NCBI GenBank assembly: GCA_000091205.1
Contig: AP006502.2
Strand: one strand, 5' to 3'
Source: Cyanidioschyzon merolae
Taxonomy: Eukaryota
Length of the DNA stretch: 64,000 nt
Part shown: piece by piece, positions 1 through 10,510 of the stretch
Layout: the number at the start of each line of letters is the position of its first letter
Position numbering within the stretch: the stretch's first letter is position 1
Made by a program: the position numbers and the translations under genes
The notes under the pieces: model-generated
What the model was told of the DNA's origin: nothing
Database searches by the model: none
The model's input: only the letters and a program-made list of their open reading frames with translations

Positions 1-648
1 GCCTGATGGCTTGGGATTCCATTGCGGTTGGCCATGACTCCGTCCGGAGGTGCGTTCGCATCTGCATGGCAGCGAGTTTTCCATGTCTGGTCGTTGCTGA
101 TACGAAAGCGTAATCGCTCTCGATCCAGTCATGACATTTGGAACGAATCCGCTGCTTATGTGCTGAGGAAATCGCGAAGACTAGTGAATGCGCGTGTGAT
201 GAGCAATAAACGATACACTGAACGCAGCGATCGGGAACGATGGCGAGGGAGTGACGGCAGCGGAGAATCGATGCAGCCGCGCTAACACAGTAAACAACAT
301 GACGAGCATCTCTGAAAGCGTACTACGCTCGCTTTACCAAAATTTACACTCTACCGATACCACGCACCACATCAAAGAGCTGCGTTCCACTCAACAGAAC
401 CTCGTCTCTGCCAATAGAGCCGTCGTGTTCCGCTGCGTACTCGTATGAGACGAGTCACAACAGGAACTTGCGCGGTATCCGAATAGGTCATTGGTTTTTT
501 TTCATCGCTAGATGCAATCGTTCCGCCCGAACTGCATCCGGATGCGGATATGTATGCCACCATCCCGCTGCTGTGCGATGCAGGCGATGCGATGCACGCG
601 TCCCTACTCGGAGATCGCTGCCATCCAGCGTCACTGAGGTGTCCGGTT

Positions 649-677
649 CGTGCGTGCGTGCGTGCGTGCGTGCGTGC
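649..677. repeat. (GTGC)n microsatellite
   Basis: cgtgcgtgcgtgcgtgcgtgcgtgcgtgcc is visible directly in the sequence. Confidence 0.9.
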
Positions 678-1416
678 CAGGGTACAGGGTCGGGCGCACG
701 CATCAGGCCGGTGAGGTTGGACATAGCGCCCATTCCTGGTACGCCTGCAGCGCTGATGCGCGAGTTTCGTTGACGAATGCCCGCGCGTCCATCGTGCTGT
801 GCGTGTCTTCCGGTGCACCTGAGGCACCACTCAGAGACGCAAGTACCGGGTGCGTCTGAGGTATCTCTTCGTCATGTGCTGGTTGCAGTGGTCGATTTCC
901 AGAGGCTTGCTCCTTGCGAGTCCATTCGGCCATGATTCCGACCGAGGTGCTGTTTGCTGATGTCCAAGGTCGACGGATTCGTCGCAGTTCCAGTCCGGGG
1001 ACGCTTTGCAGGTGATTGAAGGAGCGGGTTTGTGCCGATTGTATCCTATTCGCTGTGAAAGCGCCAGCTTGCCAGCGATGAAGCGCGGAAGCCCGGCTTG
1101 GCTATCATTCTCGTTTTGTGCAGTTCCAGAAAGAACAACGGTCATGTGAATCCAGTCCAGCACTGGATGCACCGACTTTCATGTGGACAATCGCGTGGGC
1201 GCTTCAGGATCGGCATTCGGATCTGATGATTTCTCGTCGGGCCGCGTGGATGCCAGACATTCCACATGCGCTCGTGCTCGCCATCCCGTGGCCGTCAGGA
1301 AGAGCGCGTCGCCAGTCGCGTCAGCACAGAGCGTGTCTAAACCCGAAAAACATCCAGACGCTCCGCTGATACGCACGATGGAGACCTGCTCGTATAGGGA
1401 GGCTGCGACGCCATCG

Positions 1417-3186
1417 CTAGTGGGGCTTTGCATCGCTCTGGCGTGCCGCTGAGGCCATCACGTCTGAATGTTCCGTCGAGAGGCGCTGCTGCGAAGCGAC
1501 TTGTTGCAGACGCTTCTCAATGAGTTGATTAAACTCCTCTTTGAAGGCGGAAAAGTTCTGCATTGACGTGCGCGCCACCCTGCGACAAAAATCAACGTCC
1601 GATGGTGCAATCACCACTGAGAGGCGCATTCGAGATACATCAATACCGAGGCGGCGCAGATAGAGTAAACGAGGTGCAATACGATCACGCAGCGAGTACG
1701 AGAAAACGGCCGGAAACTCGAGCACCTTCTTCGTATCCATGTTCATGACAGAGCGGAGGAATTTCAGTTTTGGTTGAATGTCTGTGTGGATATCATAAAC
1801 AAGCAGGGGTGGCAACCCACGAACCATCGTGGCGACATCTGCGATTCCCCAGTCGCGCAACAGTGCGACGACTGGCATTGCATTCCGGTCAATGTCCAGG
1901 GCCAGCAGTGCCGGGAACGCGCGGTACGCTTTGTTCAGATCGTCGGTAGTAAGGCCGAGATCGCGCAGGAACTCTGTGACGCGCTCAACTTGTGTGAGCG
2001 ATAAAGTCAGGCAGCGGGGATATGAGCGAACCATGGCCGCGATGCTCTTCGACGAAAGTTGGATACTTGCGTTCAGAAATTCTTCGATCGCTTGCATCTG
2101 TCCAGTGTCCGTTCGCAATATCTCGGGATGCGCGTAAACGATCTGGCGAATATACGGCGCAAAATTCAGTTCAAGGCAGGAACAGAGATGCTGCACAGCG
2201 GCTGCCGCAGTTTCCATTGGAAAATCAGTCAACAGCCAGGGTGCACGCGGAAACAAGCGTCGGAGAATATCGCTTGAAGGCTCAAAGCCGCAGCCCTGCG
2301 GCGGATTCTGGACCAGAAATGTAAGCATGGTCTCGAGCTGCTGGCAGTCGCAAAGACGACGCTGCGCCTGCTCCAAGAGCAGAAGCCGCACTAATTGGGC
2401 AGTGTCAAGACCAAAGCGTCGGAGCTGCCGGAGCTGTTCGCTCTGATTCTCTGGAATAGAGCACCATACTTCGAGGGGAATCATCGGATCCATCAAGAGG
2501 TTCCAGCATTCGGCAGCAGTGATGGAGCTCGCGGAAGATATTTGCTGTACAGCAGCTCCAAGTTGTTTCGCTGTCTCCACCTCGAGGCTCTTCATGTCTC
2601 TTTCGAGCAAAGCTTGCAAGTTCGTCGGTGTACATCCAAAAGCCGCCAAGTATTCTAGCGCGGAAGGCCAAGTTGCCGGAACCGGTTGCAACGCGATTTG
2701 TTCCACGATATCGCGTGCGAGGCCGTAGGCGCATAGGGCTCGAACAAAAGCTTCCGCGGTGCCGTGAGCAAGCTCTGGAGCGTTCGTGTTCCATGAATCT
2801 TCCCCTGATACCTGCGTAAAGATGCGCGACACCTCTGGACTCTCAACTGGAGTTTCCGTGGCCTGATTTTGTGCTTTCTCGTGAGTCTGTGGTTCCTTTG
2901 AAGGTGTTCCTCGCGACCGAGTCTTTAGAGCCACCGCAAAGCGTCCAATGCGCTTGGTCAAATTCTGGAAGAGGTCACGAGCGCGAGATGCTTGATTTTG
3001 GTCACTCTGGGGGCCACCATTGTTCCCGAAATGGCAGCATGTGTCGATGTACACGGATGCGCGGTGTGGTCGTTTGCGACTAACGGGAACAAGCGGCGCA
3101 TAGCAGCTACGAGCGCCTCGGGAACAGTCCCATCGCTGTAGAGGCACCCACAGCACAGTTGACGCAGCTGAGGCTCCTGAAAACAT
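1417..3186 (-). CDS. mTERF-family protein (mitochondrial/plastid transcription termination factor-like), 589 aa, ATG start
   Basis: Continuous 589-aa ORF starting at a true ATG (revcomp of 3184-3186). Repeated mTERF-type motifs are present: FLRDLGL, YPRCLTLSL, FPALLALDI, LPPLLVYDI and EFPAVFSYSLRDRIAPR. The family assignment comes from motif recognition only. Confidence 0.7.
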   Translation of the reverse strand: MFSGASAASTVLWVPLQRWDCSRGARSCYAPLVPVSRKRPHRASVYIDTCCHFGNNGGPQSDQNQASRARDLFQNLTKRIGRFAVALKTRSRGTPSKEPQTHEKAQNQATETPVESPEVSRIFTQVSGEDSWNTNAPELAHGTAEAFVRALCAYGLARDIVEQIALQPVPATWPSALEYLAAFGCTPTNLQALLERDMKSLEVETAKQLGAAVQQISSASSITAAECWNLLMDPMIPLEVWCSIPENQSEQLRQLRRFGLDTAQLVRLLLLEQAQRRLCDCQQLETMLTFLVQNPPQGCGFEPSSDILRRLFPRAPWLLTDFPMETAAAAVQHLCSCLELNFAPYIRQIVYAHPEILRTDTGQMQAIEEFLNASIQLSSKSIAAMVRSYPRCLTLSLTQVERVTEFLRDLGLTTDDLNKAYRAFPALLALDIDRNAMPVVALLRDWGIADVATMVRGLPPLLVYDIHTDIQPKLKFLRSVMNMDTKKVLEFPAVFSYSLRDRIAPRLLYLRRLGIDVSRMRLSVVIAPSDVDFCRRVARTSMQNFSAFKEEFNQLIEKRLQQVASQQRLSTEHSDVMASAARQSDAKPH

Positions 3187-4902
3187 AACTAAGCACCAAC
3201 AACACCACCTTCGAATTGCGCGTGTACAGGTCAGCGTGGGTTAATCGTCTGGCACCCCTCCCCCATAGCGCCCCAGCAGCGAGAAGAAGCTCACCGAGCA
3301 GTTTCCCTTCGGCAGGAGCCCCGCCAAGCGCTGCACAGATCCGCTCGCCTCTGGCACCTCTGACGCCGCAGTCGGTGCCGTCGCCTGCGCACAGATCAGG
3401 CGTGACGCGTCGTCCGATCGGTGCAACGTTGACACCCGGGACGGGTGAACACGACGCCGGTGCACGCGACCTGCTGGAATCTGCAATGACGCTGGGATCG
3501 ATGCCGTCCCCCGGAAACCAAAAGCATCTGTATATCCTGGAGCGTCTAGGCATGCTCATCAATAAAGCATTAATAGTTGTCTTTTCCATGGCGCCGCGGT
3601 TCTTAGCTGGCGACATTCCTCGAACTGCGGCGCGTCGCCACCTGCACATCCCCGTTTTCGGGGAGTTTCTTGTCACATGGATACCTGCTAATCGAAGAGA
3701 TTGCGAACGATTTTGCTTCCAGGGCTAGCGAGAGAGAGTCGAATCTCACCAGAGACCACTCGCTTCGTTGGGGTCTCGAGTAGCCAGGCCACCGTTCTCA
3801 CTGGAAAGCATTTACCGCCAAGAAGAAATGGCAGTCTGGTTCATGGCATATTTCCTAGAATGGGGTCGTTTTGTGTACGGTCTACGTTCCCGTTAATCGT
3901 CTTGTGCATCAGGCTTTGTTTCTCTCTCTTCTTGTTTATCTGTAAAAGAGCAGACACCACCCAGTAACTGGCAACTAGTAAAATAATGTATTTCCCCTAT
4001 ACAGTAAGAAATGAAAGACAGGAAAGTTTTGCGCACGTTCGAAAGTTCAGGTTCAGGACGGAAGATCCCGCGAGCCGTATGATTCTATCGAGCTCGTGCC
4101 TCACGTGATCCACACTGGCGGGTGTTGTGGCGAGACCTGCGCACCTCGTCCGCAAAGCAGTCCTTTTCTGGAACGAGGAGTGCGCTGCCTGCGCCAAAGC
4201 GTCGTCCCGGTCGCTGAGGTCTCCCGACATGTCGTTTCCGGCCGCTGCCGGTTCCAGATCTATGAGAACGTCCGGCTGGATCCCGAATTGACATTGAAAT
4301 CCCAGCCCGTATCGAGTGCACCATACCTCGACCAGACGCCCCAGCGGTATGGGAAAGCCAATCCGTCTCCGTGCTGTATCGGCAACGGCGCGACTAGCGC
4401 TGAACCGGACGCTCCCAGCAGGCTCGGTGTCGGCGAAACGTACTAAATAACCAGCATCTTGTAGAGACTGTACGGGTGGTGGCAGCTGAAAGAATTCGGA
4501 GCTAGGGTACGAAATGATAGACGGTTTCCCACTTGCTGACGTCCATCTCGAAATCGCAGGGACCCCTGGTCCATTTTTTTCACTGACAAACCGTTTACAT
4601 AGGCCAGCGTTCTCCGATTAGGCGCATTTTTCTTTTCTTACTTTTTTCTGTGTTTTTTTTCAGTGCGCGGTGAGGTATCCATCAATCACCTACCTCCGAG
4701 TTACATTACACCCCTGGTCCATGCGAACCTCCTGCCGATCAGAAATCATGCGGACACGTCACCTGGCGGCGCTTCAGTTGAACACGTGTGCGTGTGCGCG
4801 CGAGGCTGCGTTTGACCGCGAGCGGCGGCGCGCGGCCGTAAATCCCGCACGATGCGAACGTTTTTCCCCAGACGTGTTCGTGACTACAAGGCACGTTTCA
4901 AG

Positions 4903-6327
4903 ATGCCAGGTTCGCAGCCCCTGCGCGTGGCTTGCATAGGTGCTGGATACGTAGGAGGACCAACCATGGCAGTCATTGCGGCAAAGACTCCTCCAGAGGC
5001 TGTACAAGTGCGGGTGCTTGACCTCTCAGCGGAGCGCATTGCCGCCTGGAACTCGGAGCGGCTTCCTATTTATGAACCTGGTCTCTCGGAGTTAGTCTTC
5101 GCTGCTCGCGGGCGAAACTTACACTTCTCCACAGCTATTGATGACGGCATCAAGTGGGCCGACATAATATTTGTGGCCGTAAACACACCAACGAAGGAGT
5201 GTGGTATCGGGGCGGGCGCAGCCGCTGACCTCACTTACGTCGAGCTGGCGGCTCGTCAGATTGCTGCTGCGGCCGATACACCCAAAATCGTCGTCGAAAA
5301 AAGCACTGTACCGATACGCACAGCGGAGGCTCTGAGCGCGATCCTCGAAGCGTGTGGCAGGACCTCGTTCGAGATCCTATCGAATCCGGAGTTCTTGGCA
5401 GAAGGCACTGCGGTACGCGATCTCTGTGAGCCTGATCGCGTGCTCATCGGCGGGGACCTGAAAACCGAGCGAGGGCGCCAAGCGCTCGAAGCCCTCGTCG
5501 AGCTCTACGCCTATTGGGTTCCTCGCGAGCGCATTCTCACGACGAATGTGTGGTCGAGCGAGTTGAGCAAACTCGTCGCGAACGCATTTCTGGCCCAGCG
5601 CGTGTCATCGATCAACTCCATTTCGGCGCTGTGTGAACTAAGCGGAGCACAAATCGACGAAGTCGCGCGCGCCGTAGGCCTCGACAGACGCATCGGACCT
5701 CGCTTTCTTCAGTGCAGCGTGGGCTTTGGCGGATCATGTTTCCAAAAAGACATCCTTAATCTTGTTTACCTGTGTGAGTCGTTTGGTCTGAATGTTGTCG
5801 CAGATTACTGGCGTTCGGTGATCGCCATTAACGATTGGCAAAAACAGCGATTCACGGCGCGAATTTTGCATAGCCTCTACAACACGGCCACAAACAAGAA
5901 AATCGCGATTCTCGGCTTTGCGTTCAAGAAGGACACGGCGGACACCCGAGAGAGCGCCGCCATTGATGTCTGCGGCAGTCTACTGCAGGAATGCGCGAAG
6001 CTGAGTATCTACGATCCCCAGGTGCCAGCCGAGCAGATCTGGTCTGATCTCACGCGAAGATGCCGTCGAACGCGCGACGAGCTCGCTGCCTATGTGACGC
6101 TCGCCGCTACTGCCGACGAGGCCGCCGCCGGCAGCCACGCAATTGTGATCCTCACCGAATGGGATGAGTTTCGAACCCTTGATTATTCGAAAATGTACAA
6201 GAGCATGTGCCGACCGGCATTTCTGTTCGACGGCAGGAGCGTCTGCGACCTCAAAGCGCTCTCCGAGATCGGATTTTTATGTTATGCGATTGGAAGCCCG
6301 GATGACTCGCGAATTCAACTTCGTTAG
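4903..6327 (+). CDS. UGDH: UDP-glucose 6-dehydrogenase
   Basis: ORF 4852-6327. I re-anchored the start to the ATG at 4903 (MPGSQPLRVACIGAGYVGGPTMAV), which opens the Rossmann NAD-binding motif GAGYVGG. The protein is about 474 aa with full-length collinearity to eukaryotic UGDH, including VEKSTVP and the CDLKALSEIGF end, in a single exon. Confidence 0.9.
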   Translation: MPGSQPLRVACIGAGYVGGPTMAVIAAKTPPEAVQVRVLDLSAERIAAWNSERLPIYEPGLSELVFAARGRNLHFSTAIDDGIKWADIIFVAVNTPTKECGIGAGAAADLTYVELAARQIAAAADTPKIVVEKSTVPIRTAEALSAILEACGRTSFEILSNPEFLAEGTAVRDLCEPDRVLIGGDLKTERGRQALEALVELYAYWVPRERILTTNVWSSELSKLVANAFLAQRVSSINSISALCELSGAQIDEVARAVGLDRRIGPRFLQCSVGFGGSCFQKDILNLVYLCESFGLNVVADYWRSVIAINDWQKQRFTARILHSLYNTATNKKIAILGFAFKKDTADTRESAAIDVCGSLLQECAKLSIYDPQVPAEQIWSDLTRRCRRTRDELAAYVTLAATADEAAAGSHAIVILTEWDEFRTLDYSKMYKSMCRPAFLFDGRSVCDLKALSEIGFLCYAIGSPDDSRIQLR

Positions 6328-6401
6328 CGCGTACGCAGCGACTTGACTGGATCTATGGCGCTGATGCGCTCCCTGTCATGAACCCAGTAAAACCACATTT
6401 G

Positions 6402-7076
6402 TTAGAACGGTGCGATACTGACGCGCATGAGCTCCACGTCGTAAGTTAGCGTTTCATTTGGCGGAACGAGGCAGCCTTGGCCCTCAATGCAGACGCCCCG
6501 CTCTCCGAAGCCTAGTTCACTGGGCACGATTATTCGACGTTTGCCACCAGTTTTCATGGTTTCGATTCCCTTCTCCACGCCCGGCACCATCTGCTTCTTA
6601 CCAAAAATGAATGCCAGCGGCTTTCGCCCTTTTGCAGTTGTGTTATCGAAAATCGTGCCATCCGATAGGTACCCAATGTAGTTGATGACCACGAGGTCGC
6701 CGTCCTTCGGGCTAGCTCCAGTGCCTTCCTTGTAGTCGCGATAGAGCACACCGGATGGATCGCGCACGAACTTTGAGAGGTCCAATTTTTGAGGAGTCGT
6801 AGTGCCTGCCGCTCGTGCGCCTTCCAAGCCCGGAAGCCGGAGCCACGCACTCACGCCAGCCATAAATAAAAGGCGTTCTAGCAACTGACGTCGGGTCAGC
6901 GATAGAGCCAGCGGCAGGGCTGCTCGCAAAGTCGTTCTTCCGTTGCTACCAGCCGACAGGAAGCAACGGCTACGATGCTTTCGCGGCAACTCCTTTCCAG
7001 AACGAGTCCTCTGCAGGTTCCTAGCGTTGAGGGCGACTCCGTGCCCAGGCACAGGTTGCACACCGACGAAAACCAT
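6402..7076 (-). CDS. FKBP-type peptidyl-prolyl cis-trans isomerase with N-terminal twin-arginine lumen-targeting-like presequence
   Basis: ATG at revcomp of 7074-7076. The C-terminal FKBP domain reads GDLVVINYIGYLSDGTIFDNT...AFIFGKKQMVPGVEKGIETMKTGGKRRIIVPSELGFG...LTYDVELMRV. Upstream the sequence is TRRQLLERLLFMAGVSAWL...ARAAG, which gives an RR motif, a hydrophobic core and an AxA cleavage-like site. Confidence 0.8.
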   Translation of the reverse strand: MVFVGVQPVPGHGVALNARNLQRTRSGKELPRKHRSRCFLSAGSNGRTTLRAALPLALSLTRRQLLERLLFMAGVSAWLRLPGLEGARAAGTTTPQKLDLSKFVRDPSGVLYRDYKEGTGASPKDGDLVVINYIGYLSDGTIFDNTTAKGRKPLAFIFGKKQMVPGVEKGIETMKTGGKRRIIVPSELGFGERGVCIEGQGCLVPPNETLTYDVELMRVSIAPF

Positions 7077-7289
7077 AGCACTCCGTGTTCCTGCTCGAAA
7101 CGGCTGCAGCAGTTGCAGGACAGTGCGTCTTCAAGGATGCTGCTGGTGCGCACATGCGTCAGCGGCCGATCGCCTACACCCACCAGATGGGACGGTTTGT
7201 TTGTTATCGAATATGTGCCGCTATCTTTCGCTCCTGAATTAGGTTTTGCGTTGAAGGATCGATGCTTTGGACTTGAGCATGATGGAAGG

Positions 7290-8372
7290 GCTCGTGGATT
7301 GATCCGTAGTTTTAGAATTTTCGGTTGTCGTTTTTGCTTGCTCATCTAGACTCTCTTCTGCGGGACGTCGTTCTGACCCCGGCATCGAGATGATTCGCGA
7401 CGCACGCGAACAAGGATTCGTAAACTAAATAACAGGATCACCCGGTTCGGAAGTGCAAGCGTCCATCCTTTTACTGTTTCTTAAGTGAAACGTATTCATA
7501 GCACGCATTCTTCATGTTTTCGATCGTTCTGTTTCAAGGTGACTCATGGGCGCTGCAATGCACGCCAGTGAATTGACGTCGAAAACAGCATCTCACAAGT
7601 TCATGCCAAAACTTGACAACATATATGATGTGGAATCATCTATTCCGTTCGAAAAACAAATCAGCCTCTCCTTGTGGCTAACGATGAAACCGCATACGAC
7701 AGCAGTAGAATTCCGCAGACGGGATTCGCTCCTGAAGGCTGACGTCTCTTTGATTCATACGGAAAAGGAGCCCGGACTCTGACGAACTTCAGTGATCGCA
7801 GCGATCGACTCCACTGGTGCATGCGTCACCGCTTGGCGTGAGGCGAGCGCAGACGGATCGAACATTCTCGGTGTACTCCCCAGTCTCGATTTTCTTTCGG
7901 TCCTTGTTTCATCATAGACAAGATACCATTCCACAAATCCTCGATCGAATGGAGCAGCGTGTGCTTGCGTTTTCAGCAGGCAGATTACTCACTCGGAAAC
8001 CGCCCTAGAGAAGCCCGTGACCATCGAGCGATGCACCTGGCGCGGAATCCGGCGCTGGCATCGAGGGGGACCTTCTGTTCTCGTCAAGGGCATGAACCAG
8101 GCGCCAAACCGAGCGGTCACACGTCACAGGATAGCCCCTGGAGCACGTGAACCGGATACATCTGGGAAGACCTGGCCGCAGTCAACCGTCACAACAGCGA
8201 ATCACGGATCGGGGCTGTATACCAGGAGCATGTGGATTGCATACGAAGCGTAGATCACAACGACGGCATGTGCACGAACCGCACTGAATACAGCTGGGGG
8301 CAGCGAAATCGGGACGTGACTGCTGACACGAACAATCCTCGACTGCTGAAAACGGAGCTCGATGGATACGAT
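7290..8372 (+). repeat. Copy A of a ~1.07-kb dispersed repeat, forming a near-identical inverted pair with 19293-20360
   Basis: Direct sequence comparison: 7300-7560 equals the reverse complement of 20100-20350, and 8241-8370 equals the reverse complement of 19295-19420. Internal ORFs such as 7546-7782 and 8017-8253 reappear almost identically on the opposite strand at 19876-20112 and 19405-19641. Homology stops at about 7290 and 8372. Confidence 0.85.
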
Positions 8373-8838
8373 TGAGCGGCTTATTTATAGTCGTAGATAA
8401 GAGAGCGAGGAAGAGAAAGCATTCCCCGATGTTTTTTCTCAAAGACTGGTGTCCATAACTGTGTGAAAAGACCGGAACCTTGCTGTATACGTCCGAGTTG
8501 CGTAGAAGACCCTGTTCCATTTTATTCTGAAATGAGTGTCTCGTCATGATGCGACTCACACATAGAATCGCAATGATGGAAAACGTCCGCCATAGCGACT
8601 GCAAAAATCGCTCGACATGCTCCTAGCGGTGCAACGAGGAGCCATCCGACCAGATGACGTTTGAGCGAACTCGACGCCGGAGATACGCCACCCAACATGC
8701 ACCAGAGTCGACGCCTGCGACCTGCTCAGGACCGCGTTCAGGACATTGGCTCGCGTAGGATACGGTGTGAAGATGCTGGCGTCCGTGGTGTCGGTCAGAG
8801 GCTCCGACTCTCCGCCTTGTACTCAGCGAATAGGTTCC

Positions 8839-9258
8839 TTAAGATTGGTCTCCTGCGCCGCGACGATAGTTCGGAATCGGGGGCGTCTCAGTTGGAATCC
8901 AACGCGGCCGCTTTGGAACACTCAGGTCGGGCTCCTTAGCCAGAACTTGCTGATCGGGCGGTAGCTCTGCAACCGCCGCGTCTCGAGAGCGCGCCAGTCG
9001 CAGCAGGCGTTGCTGTAGCATAACCTCACGACGCAAGCACTGTTTATTGTACGCCCGGGCGAGTTCCGCGCCACGAGCGAGCACTTCCTCGCTCAGCTCG
9101 AGCGTTACTTTTTCGGGTGCTAACGCTGCTGTAAGTACGTCCGGCGGCTCTGCGCGTTTCTCCGTGCGGCCACTCGGTACTCGCTTCGGCGTATCGAGCG
9201 CTGGTCGACTCCCAAAGAACCAACGCTTGCAACCAGGACACAATCGTATCCTGCTCAT
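8839..9258 (-). CDS. Hypothetical small protein with N-terminal CPGC motif, start placed at internal ATG
   Basis: The ORF track starts this at a GTG (9285), and the first ATG is at revcomp 9256-9258. The product has no recognisable family and is basic and low-complexity. I keep it only because the genome is gene-dense. Confidence 0.2.
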   Translation of the reverse strand: MSRIRLCPGCKRWFFGSRPALDTPKRVPSGRTEKRAEPPDVLTAALAPEKVTLELSEEVLARGAELARAYNKQCLRREVMLQQRLLRLARSRDAAVAELPPDQQVLAKEPDLSVPKRPRWIPTETPPIPNYRRGAGDQS

Positions 9259-9835
9259 GAGACCGATCAATTCTCTACTATGCACAGGAGACTGAAGCCG
9301 CCGCCACCGCCGGGCTACCGGTAACCACTTTTTTGGCGAAAAACCGGTGTCTGGGGCGCTCGTGTGGAACCCAGCGAGTACCGCCTCTCAGCACAAAAAT
9401 GGCGAAGCGCATCATGGTATCGTATCGACGCCGTCCATAGACGCTCGACACCTGCAGTACGAGCCAGTTACTAGAGCTCCCTCGCTTTATTGGAACACCG
9501 CTCTGCTGCCGGGAGCAGGTAGGAGCTCTCGAGAGAGCGCTGTACCCGGCACGCTGATAGCCGATAGTCTTTGCGAGTTACGTTGATCGAGCACTTGCGC
9601 TGCACGGCAACGCCGTTCTGCAACGTGGAGAAGGTAGAGGCTCCCTGGGGCAGCGCTGAGTTTCGGCACGCCATTCTCAGTAGTCTTCGCACTTTTGGAG
9701 ACTGGCGGTTCGGTTTATTTTCCAAGGTTATAAAAAGTCGCAGGGCAGCAGCTTTCCTGTGTCCAAGTTCAAGGGTTTCATGGCTGAGGGCAGTCTCTGC
9801 AAACATTCGGTTCATCGAAACTCACGAGCGACGCC

Positions 9836-10510
9836 ATGAACGGCAGAAAAAGTATTCTTGTCTACGAAAAATCCAGCGCTCCGCTCTTGCGCGTGCTCGG
9901 AGCGGTCGGTGTCTTTCAGGTCGCTGCCTGGGCTGCTTTCGGTGCGGTATCGTGGCGGAATAGCGGCGCGTCGACGAAAGCAACCGCTGCTACTAGTCAA
10001 GACACGGAGGAGGACGCGCCTGGGACGAGAAGCGTCACGGAAAACACGCACAGTCCCTCGAGTCGTTATCAGACATGGTGGCCTGCAGGTGGCCTGCTCG
10101 TTTCGGTTCTTTTCCTGCAGCTGATGAGTTTTTACGCCAAACGGAACGTGAAAAGCATCAGGTTTGTCGGAGACTTTGCGGAAAGAGCTCGTATCGTCAC
10201 TCACTCTCTCTTCCGTTCGGGCCGGGAAGATCAACCAAGTCGGTTGGTGCTGGAGGTTCCGACCTTTCAACTACATGCCAGCGCTACTGGGCGCACTGCT
10301 ACTAAAGAAGACCTCGTGACATTCGGCATTCGCGGATACAACTCGTTTTTCCAGATTGACCGAAAGCGGGGGCAAATCTACGATGCAACTTTGTTGAATG
10401 CGCTGCTTGAGAAAGGCGGTCAAGGCGTGATGCAAGCTGCTGCACAGCGGATGAAAACTTCGACGCCAAAACGGACGCCGTCAGCTCGCGAGCGCGCAGT
10501 CAACAGTTAG
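9836..10510 (+). CDS. Hypothetical membrane protein of 224 aa with two predicted TM segments
   Basis: True ATG start. Hydrophobic stretches are LLRVLGAVGVFQVAAWAAFGAV and WWPAGGLLVSVLFLQLMSFYA. I recognised no conserved motif. Confidence 0.35.
   Translation: MNGRKSILVYEKSSAPLLRVLGAVGVFQVAAWAAFGAVSWRNSGASTKATAATSQDTEEDAPGTRSVTENTHSPSSRYQTWWPAGGLLVSVLFLQLMSFYAKRNVKSIRFVGDFAERARIVTHSLFRSGREDQPSRLVLEVPTFQLHASATGRTATKEDLVTFGIRGYNSFFQIDRKRGQIYDATLLNALLEKGGQGVMQAAAQRMKTSTPKRTPSARERAVNS

Noticed and set aside
3107-3728. Overlapping 189-aa (-) and 170-aa (+) ORFs
   Set aside because: Both are Arg, Ala and Pro-rich low-complexity translations of GC-rich DNA. Neither has an ATG-anchored start with homology, so I did not annotate them.
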